DNA of 64,000 nucleotides from an uncultured Rhodospirillaceae bacterium (GCA_964515905.1 CAZEWK010000010.1:7002-71001); one strand, 5' to 3'. Shown: positions 42,394-53,334, numbered from the stretch's first letter. Notes: generated from the letters alone by a model not told the origin. Program-made: numbers and translations.

Positions 42394-42411
42394 ATGATCA
42401 AATTTGATCAT
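42394..42411. promoter_or_regulatory. perfect 18-bp palindrome ATGATCAAATTTGATCAT (candidate operator)
   Basis: Self-complementary over all 18 nt. Lies in the divergent intergenic region between the ArsR-methyltransferase/metF/metH operon and mlaA, about 200 nt upstream of the mlaA ATG. Confidence 0.35.
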
Positions 42412-42608
42412 TCCGCGACCAAGTTATAAGCACGTTGGGAAGAAACTGTTGTTGGGCCGGGATATGTTGATGGGCTATAAAGTCATTTGTTTTTTGCTCG
42501 TCGACTTTTACCTGGAGCATTCTGGAGATAACAATAATATAAGGATTCAAGTGCTTGCCAGGTAATACCTCAGCCTCGACAATCTGGGTCATATTTTGGA
42601 AGGCGCGT

Positions 42609-43385
42609 ATGCTCGCGGTCATCTTTGCTGCGTTAGTTCTAAGCGCGTGCGCCACACCTCCAAGCGATGACCCAGAAGCCGTAGCCGAGTGGCACGCCAT
42701 TAACGATCCATTGGAACCGCTAAACCGAGGCATTTTCCAGTTCAACGTCGGCATCGATAAAGTGGTGATCCGCCCACTCGCTTCAGGATACCGTTGGTTA
42801 TTCCCGAGTTTTATGCGTGATTCAATTAAGAATGTGCTGGACAATTTAAGTGAACCATTGAATTTTGCAAATTCGCTATTGCAAGGTGATATCGGACGTG
42901 CCGGCACCGCTGCAGGTCGACTCCTGGTGAACTCAACAATTGGTCTAGCTGGATTATTTGATATCGCAGAGACAATGGGCCTAGAGCCTGTAGACGAAGA
43001 CTTTGGTCAAACACTAGCCACATGGGGTACAGGAGAAGTCGCTTATCTTATTTTGCCGGTGTTAGGCCCATCTTCTGTCCGTGATGGTTTAGGGCGCGGA
43101 ATAGACTTCTTCATCAACCCGATAAATTACAGCCTTGATAACGCCGGCTTAGAGTGGGTGGGTTGGACCATGACAGCTGTTAATGGAATAGATCAGCGAT
43201 CCCGACATATAGAAACTCTTGATGAAATAGAGCGTACCTCAGTTGACTATTATGCAGCTATCCGCAGCCTGTATCGACAGAGGCGCCAAGATTTGATTCA
43301 TAATGGTGAATCTACGGATCTGGATCCATTTTATGGACAATCCGACGAGTTTATAGATGAACGCGAACAATCTAGTATGAATTAA
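42609..43385 (+). CDS. mlaA: MlaA/VacJ-family outer-membrane lipoprotein
   Basis: Lipobox at MLAVIFAALVLSAC, giving a start at ATG 42609. Motifs DPLEPLNRGIFQFN, N..LQGD, NST.GLAGLFD. The ORF-track start at 42555 adds a non-signal leader. Confidence 0.88.
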   Translation: MLAVIFAALVLSACATPPSDDPEAVAEWHAINDPLEPLNRGIFQFNVGIDKVVIRPLASGYRWLFPSFMRDSIKNVLDNLSEPLNFANSLLQGDIGRAGTAAGRLLVNSTIGLAGLFDIAETMGLEPVDEDFGQTLATWGTGEVAYLILPVLGPSSVRDGLGRGIDFFINPINYSLDNAGLEWVGWTMTAVNGIDQRSRHIETLDEIERTSVDYYAAIRSLYRQRRQDLIHNGESTDLDPFYGQSDEFIDEREQSSMN

Positions 43386-43388
43386 TCT

Positions 43389-44003
43389 ATGATGATCAGC
43401 CGTTTTTGGTTGGCAGTGGTCACCACCGTATCACTTACTGTCTCAACATCGTTTGCGTCGCCGCCAACGGAGCCGGAACAGTTCGTCGCTGCAGTAATTG
43501 ATAAGGCCGTAAAAGCTTTAGAACTTCCCATTGAGGCAAGAGCAGAGCGTGAAGCGAGCTTTTATGCTCTTTTAAATCAAAATTTTGACATGCCCACCAT
43601 AGTTAGGGTCGTCTTAGGCCGACACTGGCGTACTGCCTCCAAAAATCAAAAGACTAAGTTCGCAAAGGTTTTTAAAACCCACCTGATTAAAGTCTACACG
43701 TCGCAACTTGGAATTTATGACGACGAAATAATTCAGATAGAGAAATCTGCAGCATTATCAGAAAAAGATACTATCATTTATACGTTGATCCTGAGAGGCG
43801 ATGAAGAGCCTCTCCGCCTAGATTGGCGGGTGAGGCAAACAGGGCGTGGCTTAAAAGTCATAGATATTGCGGCCGAAGGAGTAAGCATGCTGACAACCAA
43901 GAGATCTGAATTTACTTCCTTAGTGGCGCGAGAAGGTGTTGATGCACTAATAGGAAGACTAGAACTCATGAATGCTGAGGCCCAACATGGCAGCGACTCA
44001 TAA
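43389..44003 (+). CDS. mlaC: MlaC/Ttg2D-family periplasmic phospholipid-binding protein
   Basis: Signal peptide, then F.......D...I.R.VLGRHWR.AS..Q...F...F...L...Y and a C-terminal D....G.S......R.EF pattern. Confidence 0.82.
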   Translation: MMISRFWLAVVTTVSLTVSTSFASPPTEPEQFVAAVIDKAVKALELPIEARAEREASFYALLNQNFDMPTIVRVVLGRHWRTASKNQKTKFAKVFKTHLIKVYTSQLGIYDDEIIQIEKSAALSEKDTIIYTLILRGDEEPLRLDWRVRQTGRGLKVIDIAAEGVSMLTTKRSEFTSLVAREGVDALIGRLELMNAEAQHGSDS

Positions 44004-44089
44004 AATATGAAATCAACGGCGTTTAATCATGATGCTCCCATCCACAAGTCCTATTGCCATCTGTTAACCACAATTGATTATAAACCGGA

Positions 44090-45067
44090 ATGGCACCTAA
44101 TTTGAAGCACCCAGCTAAGGACGAGCTTACCCACACTATTTCCAGAGCTCACGCCGACGAACTACGTAATGAATGGGTGGCTTGGCTCTCAACAGAGCGA
44201 CGAATGTCTCCTAATACAGTCACAGCTTATCAACACGACATTACGAAATTCCTGACTTTTATGACTGAACATCTCTCCCATTCTTTGTCCTCACAAACAT
44301 TACTAGATCTTAGCATACGTGATTTTAGAGCCTGGCTAACGTGGTTGAGCAACCAGGGTCTTTCTGGTCGGTCGCGCGGCCGAGCAGTATCTTCTGTGCG
44401 CTCATTTTTCCGTTTCTTGGAAAAGGTCGGACTCGGACAAAACAGCTCGCTATCCGTGCTACGGACCCCCCGAGGGAATAGGCTTTTACCACATCCTATA
44501 AGTCAGGAGGACGCTGGCGAATTAGTAACTAGTATAGGCTCTGATGGACAAGGAAAAATTACCTGGCTTACCCTGAGGAACGGAGCCCTTTTTTTACTAT
44601 TGTATGGAACTGGGTTAAGAATTAGCGAAGCATTGGCGTTGAAAGGTGTGGACTTCACTAGTGACCCTAAGTCCATCCGAGTTACTGGAAAAGGCATGAA
44701 AGAGCGACTAGTTCCTTTACTCCCACGAGTGATGGATACTGTTGAATCCTACCGCGCTGCCTGCCCTTATGCCACTGGACCCAGGGACCCGATATTCGTT
44801 GGCGCACGTGGAAAACAGTTAAATCCCGGAGTCGCACAAAGAGCAATGCGACACCTACGGCATCAACTCAGCCTACCGGATACGGCAACACCTCACTCTC
44901 TTCGGCACAGTTTCGCCACCCATCTTTTATCTAGTGGTGGCGATTTACGCGCAATCCAAGAACTTTTAGGCCATTCAAGTCTAGCCTCTACCCAACGCTA
45001 CACGGAAGTGGATAGAACTCAAATGCGGGCAGTTTACGTCGATGCACACCCAAGAGCCCGCAACTAA
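44090..45067 (+). CDS. xerC: site-specific tyrosine recombinase XerC (chromosome dimer resolution type)
   Basis: N-terminal SAM-like domain (WLSTERRMSPNTVTAYQHDITKFLTF). Catalytic residues in GLRISEAL, HSLRHSFATHLL, LLGHSSLASTQRYT. Confidence 0.75.
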   Translation: MAPNLKHPAKDELTHTISRAHADELRNEWVAWLSTERRMSPNTVTAYQHDITKFLTFMTEHLSHSLSSQTLLDLSIRDFRAWLTWLSNQGLSGRSRGRAVSSVRSFFRFLEKVGLGQNSSLSVLRTPRGNRLLPHPISQEDAGELVTSIGSDGQGKITWLTLRNGALFLLLYGTGLRISEALALKGVDFTSDPKSIRVTGKGMKERLVPLLPRVMDTVESYRAACPYATGPRDPIFVGARGKQLNPGVAQRAMRHLRHQLSLPDTATPHSLRHSFATHLLSSGGDLRAIQELLGHSSLASTQRYTEVDRTQMRAVYVDAHPRARN

Positions 45068-45085
45068 ACCAGAATAGAAAGCACT

Positions 45086-45111
45086 GAAATAATTGTCGCT
45101 CTAATTATTTC
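45086..45111. terminator. AT-rich 9-bp hairpin between convergent xerC and sucD (possible bidirectional terminator)
   Basis: GAAATAATT-gtcgctct-AATTATTTC, a perfect 9-bp stem. There is no strong T-run, so support is weak. Confidence 0.25.
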
Positions 45112-45118
45112 GATAGCA

Positions 45119-45994
45119 CTAACTTTTCAATGCCCTAACCATAGTAGCCCCAAGATCAGCCGGCGATTGCGCAACTATTATATCCGCACTCTTGAGCGCC
45201 TCAATCTTGTCCTCCGCTCCTCCCTTCCCTCCAGAGACAATAGCCCCCGCGTGACCCATACGCCGGCCAGGAGGAGCACTTATGCCCGCAATAAATGCAA
45301 CGATGGGTTTTTTATTCTTGGTGTGTCGTAGATAATCTGCAACCTCTTCTTCGGAAGTACCGCCAATCTCTCCGATCATAATAATTGCATCAGTACCTAC
45401 ATCCCGTATAAAAAGTTCCATACAATCTACAAAACTCGTCCCGGTTACTGGATCGCCACCAATACCAATACAAGTACTTTGGCCGAGACCAATAGCCGTT
45501 GTCTGCGCTACGGCTTCATAGGTCAAAGTTCCAGAACGCGATATAATACCAATTGTCCCTGGGCTATGTATGTGACCTGGCATAATGCCAATTTTACATT
45601 GATCAGGCGTTATCACTCCCGGACAATTTGGCCCAATTAACCTCGTATTAGAATTAGTTAGGCTTCGCTTTACCTTTACCATGTCCAATACTGGAATACC
45701 CTCAGTGATGCATATAATTAGGCCTATCTCTGCGTCAATTGCTTCTAGGATTGCGTCTGCAGCATACGGAGGAGGGACATAAATAACGGTAGCGTCTGCT
45801 TCTGTTACCGAAATGGCTTCAGACACCGTATTAAAAATTGGCAAACCAAGGTGCATCCCACCTCCTTTGCCAGGCGTTACACCACCCACAATTTTTGTAC
45901 CATAAGTAATGGCTTGTTCGCAGTGAAATGTTCCCTGACGTCCGGTGAACCCCTGACAAATGACCCTTGTTTCAGAATTAACGAGAGTGGCCAT
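45119..45994 (-). CDS. sucD: succinyl-CoA synthetase alpha subunit
   Basis: [18 protein letters not shown], phosphohistidine loop MGHAGAI. The ATG at 45994 overlaps the sucC TGA by 1 nt; the ORF track begins one codon earlier at a TTG. Confidence 0.95.
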   Translation of the reverse strand: MATLVNSETRVICQGFTGRQGTFHCEQAITYGTKIVGGVTPGKGGGMHLGLPIFNTVSEAISVTEADATVIYVPPPYAADAILEAIDAEIGLIICITEGIPVLDMVKVKRSLTNSNTRLIGPNCPGVITPDQCKIGIMPGHIHSPGTIGIISRSGTLTYEAVAQTTAIGLGQSTCIGIGGDPVTGTSFVDCMELFIRDVGTDAIIMIGEIGGTSEEEVADYLRHTKNKKPIVAFIAGISAPPGRRMGHAGAIVSGGKGGAEDKIEALKSADIIVAQSPADLGATMVRALKS

Positions 45995-47163
45995 CAAACA
46001 TCCTCAGAGACGGCCCGGACAATTTTTTGCGCGGCATCTGCAAGGTTATCTGCCGAGACTACAGATAGCCCAGATTCCGCGATAAGTCTCTTTCCCACAT
46101 CAACGTTAGTTCCCTCCAACCGTACCACCAGAGGAACTTCAAGGCATACCTCTCGTACCGCCGTTACAATCCCGTCTGCGATGACGTCGCAACGCATTAT
46201 ACCCCCAAAGATATTAACCAGTACTCCCTTCACGTCAGAATCAGACAGGATAATCTTAAATGCCTCTGTCACGCGTTCCTTTGTAGCCCCACCTCCTACA
46301 TCGAGAAAATTAGCCGCGTTCCCGCCAAACAATTTAATTATATCCATCGTTGCCATAGCCAAGCCGGCACCGTTGACCATACAACCAATATTTCCTTCAA
46401 GTTTTATGTAATTAAGACCGTGGACCTGCGCGATCCGCTCGCGCGGATCCTCTTCGCTTTCGTCTCTGAGTTCGCTTAGTTCTGGGTGGCGAAAAAGCGC
46501 GTTATCATCAAAACTAATCTTAGCATCAAGTGCAATTAACTCATCTGTGTTTGTCAATACCATTGGATTTATTTCAATCAGTGTGGCATCAGTACCAACA
46601 AAAGCGTCGTAAAGACCACCAATAAACTTTGTCGCACTTATTACCTGGCTCCCTCTTAAACCTAAATCAAATGCCAATTTCCTAGAATGGAAGGGCTGGA
46701 TCCCAGTCGCTGGATCTATTGGAATATGACACACTCTATCTGGTGAAGTAGCGGCAACCTCTTCAATATCCACCCCGCCTTCAGTAGAACCGACAAAGGT
46801 CAGATGACCCGAAGACCGGTCGAGCAGAATGCTTAGATAGAATTCTTTTACAATTTGGCACCCTTCTTCTACATATATTTTTTTTACTTCCTTACCATTT
46901 TCACTCGTTTGATGAGTTATTAAATTCATTCCTATGATGGCTTCCGCAGCGTCACCGACGTCATTAACGCTATCGCAAACCCTAACTCCCCCTCCCTTTC
47001 CGCGACCTCCTGCATGAATTTGTGCTTTGACCACCCACGTTTGTCCACCTAACTCAAGGGCTATTTTTTTTGCACCACCAACACTCGTTGTCATTGCCCC
47101 TTTAGGCACTGTAACCCCAAAACGTCGCAGTATTTCCTTCGATTGATACTCATGAATATTCAT
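45994..47163 (-). CDS. sucC: succinyl-CoA synthetase beta subunit (ADP-forming)
   Basis: [57 protein letters not shown]. Confidence 0.96.
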   Translation of the reverse strand: MNIHEYQSKEILRRFGVTVPKGAMTTSVGGAKKIALELGGQTWVVKAQIHAGGRGKGGGVRVCDSVNDVGDAAEAIIGMNLITHQTSENGKEVKKIYVEEGCQIVKEFYLSILLDRSSGHLTFVGSTEGGVDIEEVAATSPDRVCHIPIDPATGIQPFHSRKLAFDLGLRGSQVISATKFIGGLYDAFVGTDATLIEINPMVLTNTDELIALDAKISFDDNALFRHPELSELRDESEEDPRERIAQVHGLNYIKLEGNIGCMVNGAGLAMATMDIIKLFGGNAANFLDVGGGATKERVTEAFKIILSDSDVKGVLVNIFGGIMRCDVIADGIVTAVREVCLEVPLVVRLEGTNVDVGKRLIAESGLSVVSADNLADAAQKIVRAVSEDV

Positions 47164-47199
47164 AACGTACGTTGCCTAATATCCTTTATCCAAGGAACC

Positions 47200-48183
<984 letters not shown>

Positions 48184-48239
48184 TCAACGAGATATAATTG
48201 CTTGGTAGACAAATTGTGTAGCGCGAGCAAGGCCTTACA

Positions 48240-49373
48240 TCACCCAACCTTATTACCATGCTCACGAGATAAATAACTAACTGACTGCATTTCGTTTAAC
48301 CGAGATACAGCGCGAGCAAATTCTGGGACGCCAGCCTTATTAGCGTAAAGCTCCTCTGGGGGAACAGCAGCGTTACAGACCAGCTTTACGTTGTTCTCAT
48401 AGAGAATATCAATAAGAGTCACAAAGCGTTTCGCTACATCTCGGTTTTCGGAGGCAATGGCGGGAATATTGGCCAATAACAAAGTATGATACTTTTTAGC
48501 TAAGGCAAGGTAGTCCCCGGCGCCCAGAGCTTTCTCACATAGTTCTTCAAAAGTATACCAAACTATACCCTGATTAACCCTTGGTACCTTTATCTCTCTT
48601 CCATTCACCAAAAGTATTTCTTCGGTACTAGCGACATTGCCAACCAATTCCCTAAATACCGTTGACATATCGAAGGGTTGAGATTCTCCTGTAGGACAGA
48701 AATATACCTGCTTTCTCTGTAAAATCTGGAATCTATAATCAATTTTAGATCCCAAGTCGATAATGTGTATCTGCTGTTTTAGCAAACTTATAAATGGTAG
48801 AAATAATTCGCGCTGCAAACCACCCGAATAAAGGTCATCCGGCGACCAGTTTGAAGTCATTATCACTACAATATTTTCCCTCCAGAGAGCAGTAAATAAA
48901 CGTCTCATAATCATTGCATCAGCGACATCGCGTATCTCAAATTCATCCAAACACAAAAGGTGTGCCCGTAACTTTAAATCCTGCGCCAACGCCGGAATAG
49001 GGTCGCCAATCGAAACGTGGGTGGCCCCTTTCGTTCGCCACTTATGCATCCATCGGTGTGTTTCTTGCATAAACAAATGAAAATGAACCCGCAGTTTTAG
49101 ATCCACGGGAGCGACTTGGTAAAATAAATCCATCAACATGGTCTTACCCCGTCCAACACCTCCAAATAAATAGATACCTTTAGGCACTGAGGGATGACTT
49201 CTAAATCTTAATCGAGACAGAAGAGAGGCTTTCCTTAACGAGAATTGCTTAGCCACCTTCAATTCTTCATATAAGGTATCAAGGGTTCCTACAGCCTGTT
49301 CCTGTTCCCCGTCTGATTGTAGTTTTCCGGCAGAGATCAATCTGGAGTACGCTTCCGCCAGGCCCTCATCCAT
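48240..49373 (-). CDS. zapE: AFG1-family ATPase / cell division protein ZapE
   Basis: Walker A GGVGRGKTMLMD, Walker B LLCLDEFEIRD, and the family-typical length and order upstream of mdh. Confidence 0.82.
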   Translation of the reverse strand: MDEGLAEAYSRLISAGKLQSDGEQEQAVGTLDTLYEELKVAKQFSLRKASLLSRLRFRSHPSVPKGIYLFGGVGRGKTMLMDLFYQVAPVDLKLRVHFHLFMQETHRWMHKWRTKGATHVSIGDPIPALAQDLKLRAHLLCLDEFEIRDVADAMIMRRLFTALWRENIVVIMTSNWSPDDLYSGGLQRELFLPFISLLKQQIHIIDLGSKIDYRFQILQRKQVYFCPTGESQPFDMSTVFRELVGNVASTEEILLVNGREIKVPRVNQGIVWYTFEELCEKALGAGDYLALAKKYHTLLLANIPAIASENRDVAKRFVTLIDILYENNVKLVCNAAVPPEELYANKAGVPEFARAVSRLNEMQSVSYLSREHGNKVG

Positions 49374-49416
49374 CGATTAACATCTAGAAATAACTCACTG
49401 CATTTTATTTATTTGA

Positions 49417-50913
49417 TTATTTCAATGTAGGAATAGAGAAGTCTGCTCCCTGTCGAATACCAGACGGCCACCTAGCGGTTACAGTTTTAGTTCTGGTATA
49501 AAACCGAACCCCATCCATACCGTGTGTATTCGAGGCACCAAACATAGAACGTTTCCATCCACCAAAGCTATGGTAGGCCACAGGCACAGGTATTGGAACA
49601 TTCACGCCCACCATTCCGATGTTAGAATGTGCCGTGAAATCTCTTGCCGCGTCACCGTCACGAGTAAATATAGCGGCTCCATTGCCGTAGGGGTTGTCAC
49701 AAACTAATTTCAATGCACTTTCATAATTAGGAACTCGTACTACGGACAGAACGGGTCCAAAGATTTCTTCCTTATATATGTCCATGTTAGGCTCTACACG
49801 ATCAAATAAGCAACCACCAAGAAAGAAGCCCGTTTCGTACCCCTGTAGTGTCGTTTCACGACCATCAACAACCAGTTTGGCACCCTGAGAGACGCCACTA
49901 TCGACCAAACCTATTATACGTTGCAACGCCAGATCACTAACCACGGGACCCATTTCTGCATCAGGGTCGGTATACGGTCCGATTTTAAGGCCTTGCACTC
50001 GGGGAGTTAATTTTTCGATTAATGGATCCGCAGCCTCCCCAACAGCGACGGCAACAGAAACCGCCATGCAACGCTCGCCGGCAGAACCGTATGCCGCCCC
50101 CATCAACGCATCGGTTGCCTGATCAAAATCTGCATCTGGCATTACGACCATGTGGTTCTTTGCTCCGCCAAGAGCTTGAACCCGCTTACCAAACGATGCC
50201 GCTGTGGCATAGACATGCTCTGCAATAGGTGTGGACCCCACAAAGCTTACGGCGTCAATGCCCGGGTTACTGAGCAAAGCCTCCACAGCTACTTTGTCAC
50301 CATTGACGACATTTAGCACACCGTCGGGACCTCCAGCTTCCTTAAATAATTCTGCTAAACGCAACGGGCACGAAGGATCTTTTTCTGACGGCTTCAAAAT
50401 AAACGTATTTCCGCATGCGATGGACAGGGGAAACATCCAAAGTGGAATCATGGCAGGAAAATTAAAGGGCGTAATCCCCGCACACACTCCAACAGGTTGG
50501 CGCATCGAGTAAGAATCAACATTGGTGCCCACTTGTTCAGTAAATTCCCCTTTAAGGAGGTGCGGAATCCCACAAGCAAATTCTACCACTTCTAGTCCAC
50601 GGGTTGTTGAACCCTTTGCGTCCTCAATTGTTTTTCCATGTTCCGATGAAACTAATGCCGCAATTTCATCCATGTGTTCCTCTATCAGTGACTTAAACCG
50701 GAACATCACCCTTGCCCGCTGGATGGGCGGTGTAGACGACCAAGATGCTAAAGCTCCTCTCGCATTCTCAACGGCCACACCTACCTGTGCATCATCGGCG
50801 AAGGGAACAATAGAGGATACTTCCCCAGTTGCCGGATTAAAGACCTCGCCGTTACGGCCGCTCGAAACCTGGACTTTTTGACCATTTATCCAGTGATGAA
50901 GTTTTTTAGGCAT
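49417..50913 (-). CDS. mmsA: CoA-acylating methylmalonate-semialdehyde dehydrogenase
   Basis: 498 aa aldehyde dehydrogenase. FNFPAMIPLWMFP..IACGNTF.LKPSEKDP, catalytic Cys in GERCMA, no catalytic-Glu ELGG-type block as in MmsA, C-terminal ...VT.RWP. Confidence 0.88.
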   Translation of the reverse strand: MPKKLHHWINGQKVQVSSGRNGEVFNPATGEVSSIVPFADDAQVGVAVENARGALASWSSTPPIQRARVMFRFKSLIEEHMDEIAALVSSEHGKTIEDAKGSTTRGLEVVEFACGIPHLLKGEFTEQVGTNVDSYSMRQPVGVCAGITPFNFPAMIPLWMFPLSIACGNTFILKPSEKDPSCPLRLAELFKEAGGPDGVLNVVNGDKVAVEALLSNPGIDAVSFVGSTPIAEHVYATAASFGKRVQALGGAKNHMVVMPDADFDQATDALMGAAYGSAGERCMAVSVAVAVGEAADPLIEKLTPRVQGLKIGPYTDPDAEMGPVVSDLALQRIIGLVDSGVSQGAKLVVDGRETTLQGYETGFFLGGCLFDRVEPNMDIYKEEIFGPVLSVVRVPNYESALKLVCDNPYGNGAAIFTRDGDAARDFTAHSNIGMVGVNVPIPVPVAYHSFGGWKRSMFGASNTHGMDGVRFYTRTKTVTARWPSGIRQGADFSIPTLK

Positions 50914-51227
50914 CGATTTTCCTATCCTAGTTCACAAACTGCCCAACCATTGTATATACTATTCAATCACCTCTAAAGCCTTCCCAACCAACAGGCAAGC
51001 AATTAGAGAAAAATCCTTCTATTTTACGGATAGTTGCAATTTAAGATACCTATATTATCTATGATAAGTGAATCACCCAATCTCAGATCATTCGCGGTCT
51101 TATAATAAATACCAGGGAAAACGATTATCGGATTTATTAGGTTCATTTACGTTTGTATCTAGCAAGAATTTACAAGGTAGTAACATACTTACTAAAAAAA
51201 GTCGGAGACATTAGAGAGGAACATAAA

Positions 51228-52067
51228 ATGCTGGCGCTGGTGAAGACGAAAGAAAACGAGGGTGTTACTGCCTCACTCGAATTTTGCAAAGAAAAGGAGG
51301 CCCGGCCCATCACGTTGGTTAACTCAATCGGAGAAGGGTTTGATAGCCGAAGCGATCATTACACACAACGAGAAGTTTTTATCCAGAATGCGAGGCCCCT
51401 TATCGATAGTTTGACACTGGACCAGGACGGATTTGCATTAATTCAAAAACATACTGCTGTGGGTAACTTCTACGATGATTCGGAAGTTGAGAACGTCTAT
51501 TATCCGGAAATAGAACAGCTACTCCAAAAGGTGACAGGAGCTAGCAAAGTGTTGATTTTTGATCATACCCGCCGGATAGATGACAAGGAATCACTTTCGA
51601 AAAAAAATGCTCGCCCACCAGCCACCATAGTCCATAATGACTTTACTATTTCGTCCGCGAAACAACGAGTACGCGACCTTTTACCAACAGATGAAGCTGA
51701 ATCACGTTTAAAGAAACGATTCGCATCAATAAATGTATGGCGCGCCATGAGGGAGCCTGTGGAAACAGCGCCGTTGGCCATTTGTAACTACAGTTCTATT
51801 GCCGATGATGATCTAATCATAGCTGAGCGACACTATGCAGATAACCGGGTAGGCCGCATCTATAATTTAGCGTTCAATCCGATGCAGCGTTGGTACTACT
51901 TTCCGAAACTGATGTGCACCGAGATGGTATTACTAAAATGCTATGATTCCTTAACGGATGGTACAGCACGCTGGACCGCCCACGGCTCATTCAAAGATCC
52001 TGAAGAAGTGACCAACTCGACACCAAGAGAAAGTATTGAAATAAGATCTATGCTTTTCTTTGAGTAA
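51228..52067 (+). CDS. CmcJ/NvfI/AsaB-like putative oxidoreductase (hydroxylase/desaturase family)
   Basis: LTLDQDGFALIQKHT, YYPEIEQLL..VTGASKVLIFDHTRR, IVHNDFT, INVWRAM.EPVE.APLAICNYSSI. The ATG at 51228 has a GAGAGGA Shine-Dalgarno 8 nt upstream. The ORF-track start at 51153 is probably too long. Confidence 0.55.
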   Translation: MLALVKTKENEGVTASLEFCKEKEARPITLVNSIGEGFDSRSDHYTQREVFIQNARPLIDSLTLDQDGFALIQKHTAVGNFYDDSEVENVYYPEIEQLLQKVTGASKVLIFDHTRRIDDKESLSKKNARPPATIVHNDFTISSAKQRVRDLLPTDEAESRLKKRFASINVWRAMREPVETAPLAICNYSSIADDDLIIAERHYADNRVGRIYNLAFNPMQRWYYFPKLMCTEMVLLKCYDSLTDGTARWTAHGSFKDPEEVTNSTPRESIEIRSMLFFE

Positions 52068-52166
52068 ATGGTGCCACACTTCTGTAGAATATAACCCGGC
52101 GAAGACAAACCTATTGGCCATTTGCTGATAATGTTGACCATAATAATATGAAGAACACAGGGCAAT

Positions 52167-52952
52167 ATGATGGCAACTTATGAATTTTTGAATGTTGAAT
52201 ACAAAGAGAAGCTAACCATAGTGACTATTAACCGACCCGAGGTTTACAACGCTCTCCATTCTCCTGCACACTTTGAATTCGACACGGTTTTTAATGACTT
52301 TGCAAATGATCCGGACCAGTGGGTTGCAATTATTACCGGTGCAGGGGATAAGGCATTTAGTGCCGGCAATGATCTAAAGTTCCAAGCAGCGGGCGGGTCG
52401 AGAGACAGACCAAAAAACGGTTTCGCTGGGCTTACACATCGATTTGATTTAGATAAACCAATTGTGGCCGCAGTAAATGGATTTGCCATGGGAGGCGGTT
52501 TTGAGATTGCGCTAGCATGTGACCTGATAATAGCGTCAGAAAACGCAATCTTTGCCCTACCGGAGCCAAAAGTGGGCCTCGCCGCACTAGCTGGAGGGCT
52601 CCACCGGTTGCCGAGAATAATACCCCAAAAACAGGCATTGGGAATAATTTTGACAGGGCGTCAGGTCACTGCGGATGAGGGGAAAACATTGGGTTTTGTC
52701 AATGAAGTAACTAAGCCAGAAGATTTGATGATCACCGCAAAAAAATGGGCTGGAATGATCTTGCAATGCTCCCCGATGTCGATACGCGCCTCCAAACAAG
52801 CCGTCTATCGCGGACTAGATGAACAATATTTAGAAAAAGCACTGAACTTTCCTTACCCAGCCGTACAATCTCTATATAAGAGTGCAGACTTCGTGGAAGG
52901 ACCAATGGCATTCGCTGAAAAACGGCCGCCAAAATGGAAATTTGAGAAATGA
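52167..52952 (+). CDS. enoyl-CoA hydratase/isomerase (crotonase) family protein
   Basis: TINRPEVYNAL, ITGAGDKAFSAGNDL, AAVNGFAMGGGFEIALACDL, EPKVGL. Confidence 0.88.
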   Translation: MMATYEFLNVEYKEKLTIVTINRPEVYNALHSPAHFEFDTVFNDFANDPDQWVAIITGAGDKAFSAGNDLKFQAAGGSRDRPKNGFAGLTHRFDLDKPIVAAVNGFAMGGGFEIALACDLIIASENAIFALPEPKVGLAALAGGLHRLPRIIPQKQALGIILTGRQVTADEGKTLGFVNEVTKPEDLMITAKKWAGMILQCSPMSIRASKQAVYRGLDEQYLEKALNFPYPAVQSLYKSADFVEGPMAFAEKRPPKWKFEK

Positions 52953-53085
52953 GGCTTGCAAACTCCCACTTTAAGAAGAAAATAATGCGTTGGTGCGGGT
53001 CCAATTTGTACAGAGCCTCGCCCATAGGTTCGTATTGACGCACGACGAAGGTACAAAAACCATAACACTGGCACAAAGGTGCGCT

Positions 53086-53334
53086 ATGGCCGATTTATCT
53101 AAGATGAGCTTTGAAGATGCACTCAAAGAACTTGAAGAGATCGTTCGAAAAATTGAGACAGGGGAGATTAACCTAGACGAAGCTATTAAGGCGTACGAAC
53201 GCGGGGCCGCTTTGAAAAAGCACTGCGATTCTAAACTAAAAGAGGCTCAAGAAAAAGTGTCAAAGATTAAGTTGGATTCGGACGGCTCTCCAACCTTAGA
53301 AAATATGAATACAGGTAAAGATTCTGCGTCTTGA
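53086..53334 (+). CDS. xseB: exodeoxyribonuclease VII small subunit
   Basis: 82 aa from the ATG at 53086: SFEDALKELEEIVRKIE.GE..LDEAIK.YERG..L...C. The ORF-track start at 52990 is an unsupported extension. Confidence 0.88.
   Translation: MADLSKMSFEDALKELEEIVRKIETGEINLDEAIKAYERGAALKKHCDSKLKEAQEKVSKIKLDSDGSPTLENMNTGKDSAS

Noticed and set aside
42398-42907. 169-aa minus-strand ORF spanning the mlaA 5' end and part of the intergenic region
   Set aside because: It is antisense to a well-supported mlaA gene, has no recognisable domain, and has the composition typical of a shadow ORF. I could not find support for it as a real gene.
44090-45067. Tyrosine recombinase as a phage or ICE integrase marking a mobile element
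   Set aside because: Its length, N-terminal domain and catalytic motifs fit chromosomal XerC. The flanks are housekeeping genes (mlaAC, sucCD), with no att-like repeats, excisionase or cargo genes.
45851-46411. 186-aa plus-strand ORF rich in Ser/Thr/Pro/Arg
   Set aside because: It lies antisense to the sucD/sucC junction. The low-complexity composition is the usual mirror of a highly expressed gene's codon bias.
48240-49373. AFG1-type P-loop ATPase as a candidate novel defence ATPase
   Set aside because: Its motifs and its conserved position upstream of mdh-sucCD match the housekeeping ZapE/AFG1 family.
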